IMG/VR virus record: IMGVR_UViG_3300021364_000005
Origin: a virus
Taxonomy: Duplodnaviria; Caudoviricetes
Direction: 5' to 3' (one strand)
Length of the DNA: 64,000 nucleotides
Position 1 is the stretch's first letter. Each line of letters starts with the position of its first letter. The notes below the pieces were generated by a model, which was not told the DNA's origin, ran no database searches, and saw only the letters and a list, made by a program, of their open reading frames with translations. Both the position numbers and the translations under genes were made by a program. Below, piece by piece: positions 10,512 to 20,885 of the stretch.

Positions 10512-12566
10512 ATGCCATATACTATAAGACATACTGATGAACCAAACAACGGATCTATCACAGTAGAAGATAGAACAGTTGACGAGTCAACAAGTTTAAA
10601 ATTACCTGGCAAAAATGTTACAGCATATGGCACAGTAATTGGCGAAAACTTTTTACACTTATTAGAAAATTTTGCTGCAACAACAGCACCAAGTAATCCT
10701 GTTCAAGGTCAACTTTGGTACGATAGTACTCCAAATGCAAATACATTAAAAATTTATGATGGTACAACATGGTTACCGTCAGGTGGAGTTAAAAAAGGAA
10801 ATTCAGAGCCTTTAGCAGCAAACAGTCTACTGGGCGATTTGTGGGTAAACACAGATACTCAGCAACTGTATTTGTTTACAGGATCTAACTGGATTTTAGT
10901 AGGACCTGATTTTAGTGAGGGGTTAAGCACAGGTATTAAACCGCAAACTATTCTTGGTAAGGACAATGTTTCATACACTGTAATGACAGTAGAAGTAAAA
11001 GCAAAGCCTGTAATTATTATATCATCGAATAGTTTTGAACCTAAAGCAGCTATAGGTGGATTTGCATCAATTGAACCTGGTATTAATCTTAGCACTGAAA
11101 ATATAACAAATCAAGGGATACCAGAGTATAACGGTCCTGCTAATACTGCATCGAATCTACAAATAGGTAGCTTAAAAATACCTGCATCAACATTTGTTAG
11201 AAATGACATCAGTAACACAATTTCAGAAGAACTTAAAATCAGTACAAACAACGGTATAAAGTTAGGTGAAGCACAAAATTATAGTTTGACCGTTGACGGT
11301 GCAAGTGCTAGTTTAACAAACCAAGCACCTACTTCAAGTATTGATTTAAGGATAAACACTGGCACACAAGTTACGCCTATTATGAGATTAAATTACGATA
11401 AAACTGTAGGTATAAACAGAACAGATCCTTCAGAAGCACTAGATGTAAATGGTAACATTAGAACTAATGCAAAAATGTTAGTAGCAGGTACTGACAATGC
11501 TACAGGACTTAATACAGGTGCGTTACAAACTACAGGAGGCGCCAGCATTGCAAAAGATTTTTATGTCCATCAAGATGTTGACATAAACGGTGCATTAAGT
11601 GTAGGAGGAAATATTACTCCTACTACAAATAACTCTACATTCTTAGGAAGTAATAGTTTTAAATTTGGTGGAGTTTATGCATCTACTTTTTATGGAAATT
11701 TAGTAGGAAATATTACAGGTACTGTAACAGGGGTAATGAATGGACCAGCTACTAAACTAGCTAGTCCTACAGACTTTAGTTTACAGGGAGATGTAAGCAG
11801 TAACACTATATCCTTTAACGGACAACAAACTGGAGGAGTAGCAACATTTACTACAGCTATAGACCCAGACTTTATCAACAATAAACCAGCAGCAACATCA
11901 ATAGGTGATACAGATGAAATACTTATCAATCAGCCTACCGATGTAAATGCACCTTTAAAGAAAGCAACAAAGGCAGCATTCTTAGGAAGTATTCCAAAAA
12001 CACCTCCAGGAGTTATACTTCCTTATGGCGGCGATAGTGATCCTGATCCTGCAAGTGTTGGAGGCGGTGTTTGGCTTTTATGTGACGGCAGAGAAGTTTT
12101 AATTAGTGCATATCCTGATCTATATGCACTAATAGGTTTAAAGTTTAAAGGAAATCCAGCAACAAGTTATTTTGGTCTACCTGATATGAGAGGTAGGGTA
12201 CCAATGGGGGCTGATAATCTTGGCGGTGTAAGCGCAGATAGAGTTACAGCTAATACAGCAGATATAATAGGTAATGCAGGTGGTTCTGAAAAGCACACAA
12301 TAGTACAATCTGAATTACCAGATCACGTGCATGATATGTATAATGATAATAACAATAGACAATATTATGCAGCTAGAACAACACCTGAAAGTGCAACTAC
12401 AGGAACAGTAAGTATTCCAACACCAGCAGGAGTAAACACGCAAACATCAAGTGCTATTTTAGATAGTGGCGGTATTAAAAATTATTCTGCGCAGACTGCT
12501 ATGGATATAATGAGTCCTTATATGACACTTAATTATATTATCTACACCGGTAAGGACATAACATGA
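10512..12566 (+). CDS. Tail fibre protein with C-terminal phage tail collar domain
   Basis: Collar-type motif PPGVILPYGG...WLLCDG...YPDLYALIG...FGLPDMRGRVPMG. The N-terminal ENFLHLLENFA/GQLWYD module is shared with the next two genes. Confidence 0.8.
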   Translation: MPYTIRHTDEPNNGSITVEDRTVDESTSLKLPGKNVTAYGTVIGENFLHLLENFAATTAPSNPVQGQLWYDSTPNANTLKIYDGTTWLPSGGVKKGNSEPLAANSLLGDLWVNTDTQQLYLFTGSNWILVGPDFSEGLSTGIKPQTILGKDNVSYTVMTVEVKAKPVIIISSNSFEPKAAIGGFASIEPGINLSTENITNQGIPEYNGPANTASNLQIGSLKIPASTFVRNDISNTISEELKISTNNGIKLGEAQNYSLTVDGASASLTNQAPTSSIDLRINTGTQVTPIMRLNYDKTVGINRTDPSEALDVNGNIRTNAKMLVAGTDNATGLNTGALQTTGGASIAKDFYVHQDVDINGALSVGGNITPTTNNSTFLGSNSFKFGGVYASTFYGNLVGNITGTVTGVMNGPATKLASPTDFSLQGDVSSNTISFNGQQTGGVATFTTAIDPDFINNKPAATSIGDTDEILINQPTDVNAPLKKATKAAFLGSIPKTPPGVILPYGGDSDPDPASVGGGVWLLCDGREVLISAYPDLYALIGLKFKGNPATSYFGLPDMRGRVPMGADNLGGVSADRVTANTADIIGNAGGSEKHTIVQSELPDHVHDMYNDNNNRQYYAARTTPESATTGTVSIPTPAGVNTQTSSAILDSGGIKNYSAQTAMDIMSPYMTLNYIIYTGKDIT

Positions 12567-14362
12567 GCTACAAAATAAACAAAACAGATGGCACTCTTTT
12601 AGTAGATCTAATAGATGGCGTTCAAAATGATAAAGCAACTGATATTATCTTGATCGGAAGAAATAGTACAGGATTTGGCGAAGCATTTAACGAAAATCTT
12701 GTAAAAATGTTAGAAAACTTTTCTAATACAAGTGCTCCAGCAAATCCTTTAGAAGGACAGTTATGGTTTGATACCACTACTGACACTTTGAAAGTATATG
12801 ATGGGACTGATTTTAAAAATGCTGGTGGTGCATATGTTCAAGCATCTGTGCCTAGCATGGCAAAAGGCGATTTATGGTATAACACAACAACTAATCAAAT
12901 GTTTACATTTGATGGAGATGACACACAACTTGTAGGACCGTTGTATACTAACACTCAAGGAATAACAGGCGAAGTACCTGACACAATACAAGATTTACAA
13001 GGATTTCCTAGGGCAGTAATTAAACATTATGTAGGTGGAAACTTGCTAGGTTTGTGGAGTAATTTAGAATTTAAAATTTCTGCTACAAATACTGATGATG
13101 TGATTCTTGGATTAGAACAAGATGCGTTAAACAATAGAATAGTCAGACGAGGATTTAATATCCTTGATAGCGATTATTTAATTAGAGGTACGGTTACTAA
13201 TGCTCAAGGAATTGGCGGAGTTGATATAAGTAAACTGGTTCGTACAGATGTAACTAGCACAATAGATGCAAGCCTAATAATTAGAGGCCCAGACGGCTTA
13301 AAGTTTAGTAGTGTTCATCAACAAAAGTATAATCCAGCAGAGTTTGCTATTACAAACTTAGTTGCAAATGATGACTTATCTTTAAACGTTGTAGGAAGTG
13401 CTACAGGAGCATTAACACAATCTGCTCTTTACATTGATAGCAGCACAGCACATATAGGTATGTATAATAGAGTGCCCGAAGCTATGCTTCATATAGGTAC
13501 GTCTACAAACCCTGGTAGCTTAATTGTAGAAGGCGATTTAACAGTCAAAGGAAATAGTGCATTTATCGAAGCAAGCACTTTGCGAGTAGAAGATAAACAA
13601 ATTGAGCTAGGAATGCTTGCTGATAGTACGCAAGGTAATGATGCTGCTATAGACGGCGCTGGCATAGTGGTTGCATCATCAGATGGCAGTAAAGATTTAC
13701 TTTGGGTACAAAGCACAGGTTCTTGGACATCAAACCAAGATTTTGATTTGCAAGCAGGTAAAGAATATAAAATTAACGGAGTATCGGTATTAACAGGTAC
13801 AGCATTGGGTGCAAATATTACAAGTGCTCCTGGACTAACTTCGATTGGCACACTTACAAGTTTTGGAACTAGTTTCTTAACGATTAGTGGAACTTCAATA
13901 ACAACAACTAATGGACAGCATTTAAATCTTGCTCCTGCCGGAGATGTTGTTGTTAACAATAGTGTTGTTAGAGGATTAACAGCTGGCAATACAGATGATA
14001 GTGCAGCTACAAAAGGATATGTTGATACACAAGTAAACAGCAGTGATATTGCTATTGAAATGGATGCTACCGGATTATCTAATACTGATATAAGAAATTA
14101 TTTAAATCAACTATTTCCTACAAATGCACAGAATAGAAGTTGTAGAGTATTAGCTACAAGTTATGCATTTACAGGCACAGCAGATGTAGAAACTGCTAAA
14201 CAAACAACAACAGTAACAGTAGATAGAAACGGTAATTTAGAGTCAGAAAATGTAATCAAAACTGTTTCATTTAGTGATGCTGATGTAACAGTAACAATGA
14301 CACCAACGAGGGTGGTTAAGACATTCCAGTGGGATGGAAGCACATGGCTTTTCATATCATAG
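12563..14362 (+). CDS. Tail fibre/baseplate fibre paralog
   Basis: N-terminal ENLVKMLENF...GQLWFD module; G/T/S-rich fibre-like body. Confidence 0.7.
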   Translation: MSYKINKTDGTLLVDLIDGVQNDKATDIILIGRNSTGFGEAFNENLVKMLENFSNTSAPANPLEGQLWFDTTTDTLKVYDGTDFKNAGGAYVQASVPSMAKGDLWYNTTTNQMFTFDGDDTQLVGPLYTNTQGITGEVPDTIQDLQGFPRAVIKHYVGGNLLGLWSNLEFKISATNTDDVILGLEQDALNNRIVRRGFNILDSDYLIRGTVTNAQGIGGVDISKLVRTDVTSTIDASLIIRGPDGLKFSSVHQQKYNPAEFAITNLVANDDLSLNVVGSATGALTQSALYIDSSTAHIGMYNRVPEAMLHIGTSTNPGSLIVEGDLTVKGNSAFIEASTLRVEDKQIELGMLADSTQGNDAAIDGAGIVVASSDGSKDLLWVQSTGSWTSNQDFDLQAGKEYKINGVSVLTGTALGANITSAPGLTSIGTLTSFGTSFLTISGTSITTTNGQHLNLAPAGDVVVNNSVVRGLTAGNTDDSAATKGYVDTQVNSSDIAIEMDATGLSNTDIRNYLNQLFPTNAQNRSCRVLATSYAFTGTADVETAKQTTTVTVDRNGNLESENVIKTVSFSDADVTVTMTPTRVVKTFQWDGSTWLFIS

Positions 14363-14363
14363 G

Positions 14364-14370
14364 ATAAATA
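14364..14370 (+). promoter_or_regulatory. T4-like late promoter motif ATAAATA
   Basis: ATAAATAC in the gap before the ATG at 14397; AGGGG SD-like sequence downstream. Confidence 0.5.
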
Positions 14371-14396
14371 CATTATAGTTAGGGGTAACACGAGAT

Positions 14397-15860
14397 ATGG
14401 CATACCAAATAGACAATTTTAGAGGACAATTTTTAACAACTGTTGATGATGGAACTATCAACAATGCCACCGATCTAAAACTTGTAGGTAAAAACTACGC
14501 AGGATATGGTGAAATACAAAACGAAAATTTTGTTCATTTATTAGAAAATTTTGCATCAGGCCAAGCACCAGGTAAGCCTATTCAAGGACAACTATGGTTT
14601 GATGCTACATCGGGAGCAGAGAAGTTAAAATTTTACGACGGTACTGCTTGGAGAACAGCTGGAGGCGCTGAAGTAAGCCCGCAGCCAGGCCCAACCGGAT
14701 TAGTTGAAGGTGACTTTTGGTGGGATACAACAAACGAACAGTTATATGCTAGAGGTGCAAACGGTTTTGTACTTGTAGGACCGCAAAGCACAGGCGCAGG
14801 AAATGTTACCCAAATGCGCAGTGTTACACTAAACGACAACGGAACTCCTGCCACAGCTCATAATGTAATACTTGCAACAGTTGATAATGTTGTACAATAT
14901 ATCATTAGCAATTCTACATTTACTATTTCAGCAGCTGATGCTATCGTAGGATTTGATGTTGTACATGAAGGACTAACATTAAAAAATACCCAAAATAATT
15001 ATGCAGGACAAACACAAGGTGCTCCTCGATATTGGGGTACAGCAACTAATGCTGATAGACTAGGCGGCGTTGCTGCAAATCAATACCTTACAGCTCTTAA
15101 TGCAACGTTTACACAAAATGTTCATTTTGATGATCCAGGATTTACAGTAGGCGATGATAATGATTTGCTTGTTGACATCAACGGTAACGAAGCTAGAGTT
15201 CAGCAAAAAGTAGGCGACACTATTGGTTTTTATGTTAACGACCAAGGTACATTACGCAGTGTAATGAGTGTTAAGCACAGTTCAGTAGAGCCGGGTGCTG
15301 CTACTGCTACTTTAGGGGTTGCAAATAATAGATGGGATACAGTTTTTGCTGATAACTTTGATGGAAATGCAACAAGTGCAACTGGACTTAAATTAACAGG
15401 AAACATTTATTATCCTGATTTTAACGATAATCCAAATACAGTAGCATTAAGAGATGCCAACGGCGACCTTGAAGCAAGATTTTTTAACGGAACTGCAACT
15501 GCTGCAAAATATGCAGACCTTGCAGAGATTTACAGCACTAGCGAAGAATTACCAACAGGAACAGTAGTAGCTGTAGGTGGTGAAGCAGAAGTCCGTCCAG
15601 CTAAAGTAAGTGATTTTGTAGTTGGAGTTATTTCAGCAGAACCTGCTTACTTAATGAATAGCACAGCAGATGGACAAGCTGTTGCTTTAAAAGGGCGTGT
15701 GCCTGTAAGAGTGAAAGGACCTGTTTCAAAAGGACAAGCTGTATATGCTTGGCAAGATGGTGTTTGTAGTACAATAGCATCAACTGGCATGGTAGGTATT
15801 GCTTTAGAAGGCTGTAATGATGATTCGGAATGCCTAATTGAGTGTGTTTTGAAGGTATAA
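14397..15860 (+). CDS. Tail fibre paralog with a C-terminal intramolecular-chaperone (peptidase G2-like) domain
   Basis: Shared N-terminal ENFVHLLENFA/GQLWFD module. C-terminal YADLAEIY...GVIS..PAYLMN...VALKGRVPVRV resembles autocleaving fibre chaperones. Confidence 0.7.
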   Translation: MAYQIDNFRGQFLTTVDDGTINNATDLKLVGKNYAGYGEIQNENFVHLLENFASGQAPGKPIQGQLWFDATSGAEKLKFYDGTAWRTAGGAEVSPQPGPTGLVEGDFWWDTTNEQLYARGANGFVLVGPQSTGAGNVTQMRSVTLNDNGTPATAHNVILATVDNVVQYIISNSTFTISAADAIVGFDVVHEGLTLKNTQNNYAGQTQGAPRYWGTATNADRLGGVAANQYLTALNATFTQNVHFDDPGFTVGDDNDLLVDINGNEARVQQKVGDTIGFYVNDQGTLRSVMSVKHSSVEPGAATATLGVANNRWDTVFADNFDGNATSATGLKLTGNIYYPDFNDNPNTVALRDANGDLEARFFNGTATAAKYADLAEIYSTSEELPTGTVVAVGGEAEVRPAKVSDFVVGVISAEPAYLMNSTADGQAVALKGRVPVRVKGPVSKGQAVYAWQDGVCSTIASTGMVGIALEGCNDDSECLIECVLKV

Positions 15861-15863
15861 ATA
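15856..15863 (+). promoter_or_regulatory. T4 late promoter consensus TATAAATA
   Basis: Exact TATAAATA 24 nt before the ATG at 15888. Confidence 0.6.
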
Positions 15864-15887
15864 GATTAATAAGGAAGTGTAACTGCA

Positions 15888-16868
15888 ATGACTACAGTTA
15901 GTATAGGTGACGTAATTACAGCAGCTCAGTATAATGATCTGCAAACTAGAGTACAAAAAGTTTTAGGAAACGGAACCGGTGATTTTGGTTACGGAGAAAC
16001 AGTTACGAGCAGTTCGGTTGCAATTTCAAAAATTATTGAAGCAACTGACATGAACAACCTATATACAGATATTGTTAAGTGTGCTGTGCATCAAACTGGA
16101 AGCATTCCTACAACAATTTCTCAACTTGCTGTTGCAGATATAATTGGTGCAGATGCAAGTACAACTCCTAATGAAACAGTTAAAGGTCATAATGACTATA
16201 ATAACGCTATTGGTGTAATTGAAGCAGGTAGACTTAGTGTAGCTACTGCTCAAACAAGTTACGAATCTAAATTACAAAGCCAACGAAGTTCAGCTTGGGG
16301 ACAGAATCCAGATGTAATCACACATACATTCACAGTGACTTTTCCAGGAAATTATACCACTAAAGATACAAGCGGTAATACATATACTACTACAGGTGCA
16401 GATCATATGCGCCATTTCTTTAATGCAGGTGGTCTTATAATTTTTGCTGCAAGCCTATCAGGAGGTAGCGGTGCAAAATATAATGACTGGAACAGTATGC
16501 TTACAAATATGGGAAATATTTATTTTGCTAGAACAGCAACAACTGCATCTGGTACAGGAACAACTACAACAATTGGATATGAAGATTTAACAACATCCTA
16601 TCAAACAATTTTTACAAAATCAGGCAGTGGAGTGTATGCAGAAAACGATTACAACATTGCTGCTAGATCACAAACATCAGATACCATACAATTTAGAATA
16701 CAATTTAGAGATGATGATGCTGGCGACCAACAAGGTGGATATTTACCAGGTCCTGCTGTAGACGAAAACGTTGGCGGCACTGTTACAAGTAGCATAAGCC
16801 AGCGTAGAGCAACTGGCTCGTATGTGGAAGTTATCACTCCTACTTACGCAACCGACTCTAACCTATAA
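15888..16868 (+). CDS. Putative virion structural protein (fibre-associated)
   Basis: T/S/G-rich, follows the fibre genes and has a late-promoter motif. Confidence 0.5.
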   Translation: MTTVSIGDVITAAQYNDLQTRVQKVLGNGTGDFGYGETVTSSSVAISKIIEATDMNNLYTDIVKCAVHQTGSIPTTISQLAVADIIGADASTTPNETVKGHNDYNNAIGVIEAGRLSVATAQTSYESKLQSQRSSAWGQNPDVITHTFTVTFPGNYTTKDTSGNTYTTTGADHMRHFFNAGGLIIFAASLSGGSGAKYNDWNSMLTNMGNIYFARTATTASGTGTTTTIGYEDLTTSYQTIFTKSGSGVYAENDYNIAARSQTSDTIQFRIQFRDDDAGDQQGGYLPGPAVDENVGGTVTSSISQRRATGSYVEVITPTYATDSNL

Positions 16869-16873
16869 ATCAC

Positions 16874-16902
16874 TTGACAACAACTAAGTAACGTAGTATA
16901 AT
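16874..16902 (+). promoter_or_regulatory. Consensus sigma70 promoter heading the enzyme operon
   Basis: TTGACA (16874-79), 17 bp spacer, TATAAT (16897-902). GGAGG at 16911-15 precedes the ATG at 16921. A late-like TATAAAT lies at 16864-70. Confidence 0.8.
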
Positions 16903-16920
16903 CTAATTATGGAGGATACT

Positions 16921-17241
16921 ATGAAAAAAGAATACGAAGATTTTCTCAATACATTTTCTTCTTTGTCAGCCCAACACACGGTGCAATTTAAAAATAGCTA
17001 TGTTATGTATTACGGTGGAGGAAAGTTTACACTTACCTACGGGTTTTTAGCATATTTAGATAAAGCAAAAGATGATGAAATCTTAATTGACGATAATTAC
17101 TTGCCTGTTGAAATCAGCAATATGGAAGATTTTAGAAATGAAGCTAACGATACTTTCAAAAAAGCAGTAGCAGAACATCACAAAAGATATCAAAAATTAG
17201 TTCAAAACGATAGAACGATAGGATCGCTATTTGATGACTAA
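16921..17241 (+). CDS. Hypothetical protein (weak resemblance to tail-fibre-associated small proteins)
   Basis: GGAGG SD 5 nt before the ATG at 16921; no clear motif. Confidence 0.55.
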   Translation: MKKEYEDFLNTFSSLSAQHTVQFKNSYVMYYGGGKFTLTYGFLAYLDKAKDDEILIDDNYLPVEISNMEDFRNEANDTFKKAVAEHHKRYQKLVQNDRTIGSLFDD

Positions 17242-18082
17242 AGGATTTTTGATGATTGCTATGAATAATCCTAAAGTAGATTATTTGAAGCAAGCATACT
17301 ATTCAGCGAAACGTTTATATGAATTGACTGGTTTAAAATCAGCAGTAGTAACTGATGGCGAAGGATATATCAGACGAGTATTTGAGGACTATAAAAAATA
17401 TATAGATGTTATTAACAGCAGAACTATTACAATAGATAGAAAGAACACACAAAGACGTTACTATGATGGACATCATTCTTACAAAATGTTGCCATTTCAA
17501 AACGAATTTAGAGTTGCAGCATTTGATGTGTCACCATATGATGAAACATTATTGATAGACACAGATATATTATGGAATAACAAAGATATATTTAAAGTAT
17601 TTGATGATGCATATCTAAATGACTTTGCTTTATATAAAAAATGTGTGCCTTTAAATCCTTCAGTTGATTATGACGAGTTTATGACTATCAATCATGCTGG
17701 TATAGATTTTTATTGGGCAACTTGTGTTTACTTCAAAAAAACAGATAGAGTAAAGAAATATTTTGATACTGTAAAACATTTATATGATAACTGGGACTAT
17801 TTTTCTGTAGCGTTTGATTTACGTAGAAAGGTATTTAGAAATGATTACTTGTTTAGTCTTGCGTTACATTATATGAATGATTTTACAACTAATACATTTG
17901 CAAGCGAATTGCCTGGCACACTTTATTTTACAATCGATAAAGATATTTTGCTAGAAAATACACACAAGCAATGTTTTGATTTATCTCATGGTGATGTTTA
18001 TGCGTATACAGAAGTACAGAATGAAAACATACACGTAATGAATAAATTTAGTTTAGGAAGAGTCTATGACCAGAACGGATAA
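17234..18082 (+). CDS. Glycosyltransferase-like protein (GT-A, nucleotide-diphospho-sugar transferase)
   Basis: SPYDETLLIDTD DxD motif; ND.LF acceptor-region motif. Confidence 0.65.
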   Translation: MTKGFLMIAMNNPKVDYLKQAYYSAKRLYELTGLKSAVVTDGEGYIRRVFEDYKKYIDVINSRTITIDRKNTQRRYYDGHHSYKMLPFQNEFRVAAFDVSPYDETLLIDTDILWNNKDIFKVFDDAYLNDFALYKKCVPLNPSVDYDEFMTINHAGIDFYWATCVYFKKTDRVKKYFDTVKHLYDNWDYFSVAFDLRRKVFRNDYLFSLALHYMNDFTTNTFASELPGTLYFTIDKDILLENTHKQCFDLSHGDVYAYTEVQNENIHVMNKFSLGRVYDQNG

Positions 18083-18782
18083 AGGTGTTTTAATATTCGC
18101 TCAAGGCGAGCAATATATAAATTGCGCTACCACGCTTGCCCAGAGTATAAAGCGGTTTAGCAACATATCAGTATACATTGCTAGTGACTTTGAAAACGAC
18201 CTAGCAGTCAACAGCGAATGGAAGATAGAGAATAGATGCACTGCATATGATATATCACCTTTTGATAAAACATATGTGTTTGACGCTGACACAATATTAA
18301 CTACACCGTTGCCTGAACTTGTAAATGATTTAAGTTTTTCAATGTCTCCTGTTAATTACAATGGAGAATTAGTTTTACAAGATACAAAGCATAGGAAAGT
18401 ATTTTTAGAAAACAACTTACCTAATGTTTATACAGGATTTTATTATTTTGAAAAAAATGATAAAGTGCAACAGTTCTTTAACCTAGTTAAAGATATTACT
18501 TTAAATTGGCAAGAATATTATAAAGTTTTAAATCCTCAACCTAAACATTTAAGTATGGACGTAACATTTGCACTTGCTGTAAAATTAAGTGGCGTTGATT
18601 ACGGAGATTGTAATACACAGATTAATTTTATACACGGTAAGTTTTTTAATAATGATTACAAATTAGATTTATATGATGAAGTATATGTTGATTACTATAA
18701 ACAAAAGGGCGTTCTTCATTACGTAGAAAAGTCTCAATTTACAAAATATAAGGAGTGGTTAGATGAAATTTATTCCTCCTAA
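18066..18782 (+). CDS. Glycosyltransferase-like protein, paralog of the preceding gene
   Basis: SPFDKTYVFDAD DxD motif; NVYTGFYYF aligns by eye with FYWATCVYF in the paralog. Confidence 0.65.
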   Translation: MTRTDKGVLIFAQGEQYINCATTLAQSIKRFSNISVYIASDFENDLAVNSEWKIENRCTAYDISPFDKTYVFDADTILTTPLPELVNDLSFSMSPVNYNGELVLQDTKHRKVFLENNLPNVYTGFYYFEKNDKVQQFFNLVKDITLNWQEYYKVLNPQPKHLSMDVTFALAVKLSGVDYGDCNTQINFIHGKFFNNDYKLDLYDEVYVDYYKQKGVLHYVEKSQFTKYKEWLDEIYSS

Positions 18783-19272
18783 ATTTTACGTACAGTTTGA
18801 TCCTGTTTCAAAAGAAATAACAGGATGTTACAACGTACAACCATCAGATAATTTTATAGAAATTACTGAAGATGAATATGTTGTTTTTGCTCAAGATACA
18901 TCAGTTTTTAACAAAAAGATTGCAAAACTTAACGAAGACACAAAGACTTGGATACTTACAGATAAGATTGTTGAACAGGTTAAATATGAACCTGGAGTGT
19001 TTTTGCTTAATAAAAATGATAACGATGTAAAAGTTGTTAAAAAAGAAAGCGAATGGGAGTTTCATTTTCCAGAACATTTTCCAACAGGAGTAGGTGTAGT
19101 AATTGGATTAAGTAACACAAGAAATCCGTTTAAAATATTTAAGTCGTTTTATATTTGGTGTGATGGTACAAATCCAATTCGTAAATTTTTCACTACTGAA
19201 GAGGAAAAAGGCGAAGTATTTTTGTTTGCAAATAATATTTTTAAAGATGCAAGCTATGAGGTAGAAAAATGA
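18763..19272 (+). CDS. Hypothetical protein
   Basis: Overlapping in-operon ORF; the N-terminus loosely resembles tail fibre assembly proteins. Confidence 0.5.
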   Translation: MKFIPPKFYVQFDPVSKEITGCYNVQPSDNFIEITEDEYVVFAQDTSVFNKKIAKLNEDTKTWILTDKIVEQVKYEPGVFLLNKNDNDVKVVKKESEWEFHFPEHFPTGVGVVIGLSNTRNPFKIFKSFYIWCDGTNPIRKFFTTEEEKGEVFLFANNIFKDASYEVEK

Positions 19273-20885
19273 TTTTGAATATGTTTGACTATGATGTTAT
19301 ATACCTCAGCTATGACGAGCCTAATGCTGAAGAAAACTATTACGATCTCAAACTTAAAATACCATGGGCTAAACGTGTACACGGTGTAGAAGGATCAGAT
19401 GCTGCACATAAAGCCTGTGCAGAATTAAGTTCAACACAACGATTTATAACTATTGACGGTGATAATAAAGTTAGTAAAGATTTTCTATCAACTCATGTAG
19501 AAATTGTAGAAGGTGTTGATATTAAAAAGCACGTTATAAGCTGGAGCGGTTATAATACTATAAACGGACTAACATATGGTAACGGAGGCATTAAGTGTTG
19601 GGATAAAGATACTGTTCTGAATATGCGTACACATGAAAATGCAGATCCTGATAATATTCAAGCTCAGGTAGACTTTTGCTGGGATTTAGAATATATTCAA
19701 ATTGATAAGATAATGAGTACGGTTTATAATAATTCTACACCACAGCAAGCCTGGCGTGCTGGTTTCCGTGAAGGTGTAAAAATGTCATTGATTGATGGAG
19801 CCAGGGTTGACATAGAAACTTTTAAAAAAGTGCATTGGAAAAATTTGCATAGGCTTTATGTTTGGCTAATGGTAGGTGCAGATGTTGAAAACGGCTTGTG
19901 GGCAATATACGGTGCTAGAGAAGGTTTGTACAAAACTATGTGTACAGATTGGGATTATGTAAATGTGCGTGACTTTGAATATTTAAATAACCTTTGGAAA
20001 GAAAAAATACAAACTGAAGATGATTTACTAGAAGCGTGTATAGATTACGGAGAACGTATTGTTGCAGAACTTGAACTTCCTATCGATAGTAATCCATTGG
20101 CACCTGATCAAAGTAAGTTTTTTAAAACTGTTTATAAAAGTCCTCCTAGACAAAGCCATCACTATATTGAATGGCAAGAAGCTCCTATTAGGCAAACAAA
20201 CGAATATGATATTTTTATGCTTACATACAATGAACCAAACGGAGATGAAAATTTCGAAAAGTTAAAAAGCAGATTTCCTAGAGCGCAACGTGTTCATGGT
20301 ATAAAAGGAATACATAATGCACACAAACAAGCTGCAAAAATATGTAGAACAAATATGATGTGGATAGTTGACGGTGATGCAGTAATAGCAGATGATTTTA
20401 ACTTTGATTATGTTGTAGAGAATAATGATAAGGATGCAGTTCATGTTTGGCGTAGTAAAAATCCTGTTAACGGATTAGAGTATGGATACGGCGGAGTAAA
20501 ACTCTTGCCTACAAAAGAAACTAAAATTATGCGTACAGATACTACTGACATGACTACTAGTATAAGCAGCAAATTTAAAAAGATGGATCAAGTAAGTAAC
20601 ATCACAGCATTTAACACAGATCCATTTACTACATGGCGTAGTGCATTTAGAGAGTGTTGTAAACTTGGAAGTAAAGTTATTGAAAGACAAAATGATGCTG
20701 AAACGCAAAATAGGTTAGATGTTTGGACAACTTATGTCAATGAAGATGCGCCGTTTGCTGAATATGCACTAGCAGGCGCAAGAGCTGGTAAACAGTACGG
20801 TGCTACAAATAAAAACAACGAAATGCGGCTAAGACAAATTAATGATTTTGATTGGCTGTTGGAGAAATTTAATGAGTCAGAATAA
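19269..20885 (+). CDS. Two-domain (tandem-duplicated) glycosyltransferase-like protein
   Basis: Repeated module YD(V/I)..L.Y.EPN..EN...RVHG..G...AHK..A......(I/V)DGD at about aa 7 and aa 313. Confidence 0.6.
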   Translation: MILNMFDYDVIYLSYDEPNAEENYYDLKLKIPWAKRVHGVEGSDAAHKACAELSSTQRFITIDGDNKVSKDFLSTHVEIVEGVDIKKHVISWSGYNTINGLTYGNGGIKCWDKDTVLNMRTHENADPDNIQAQVDFCWDLEYIQIDKIMSTVYNNSTPQQAWRAGFREGVKMSLIDGARVDIETFKKVHWKNLHRLYVWLMVGADVENGLWAIYGAREGLYKTMCTDWDYVNVRDFEYLNNLWKEKIQTEDDLLEACIDYGERIVAELELPIDSNPLAPDQSKFFKTVYKSPPRQSHHYIEWQEAPIRQTNEYDIFMLTYNEPNGDENFEKLKSRFPRAQRVHGIKGIHNAHKQAAKICRTNMMWIVDGDAVIADDFNFDYVVENNDKDAVHVWRSKNPVNGLEYGYGGVKLLPTKETKIMRTDTTDMTTSISSKFKKMDQVSNITAFNTDPFTTWRSAFRECCKLGSKVIERQNDAETQNRLDVWTTYVNEDAPFAEYALAGARAGKQYGATNKNNEMRLRQINDFDWLLEKFNESE

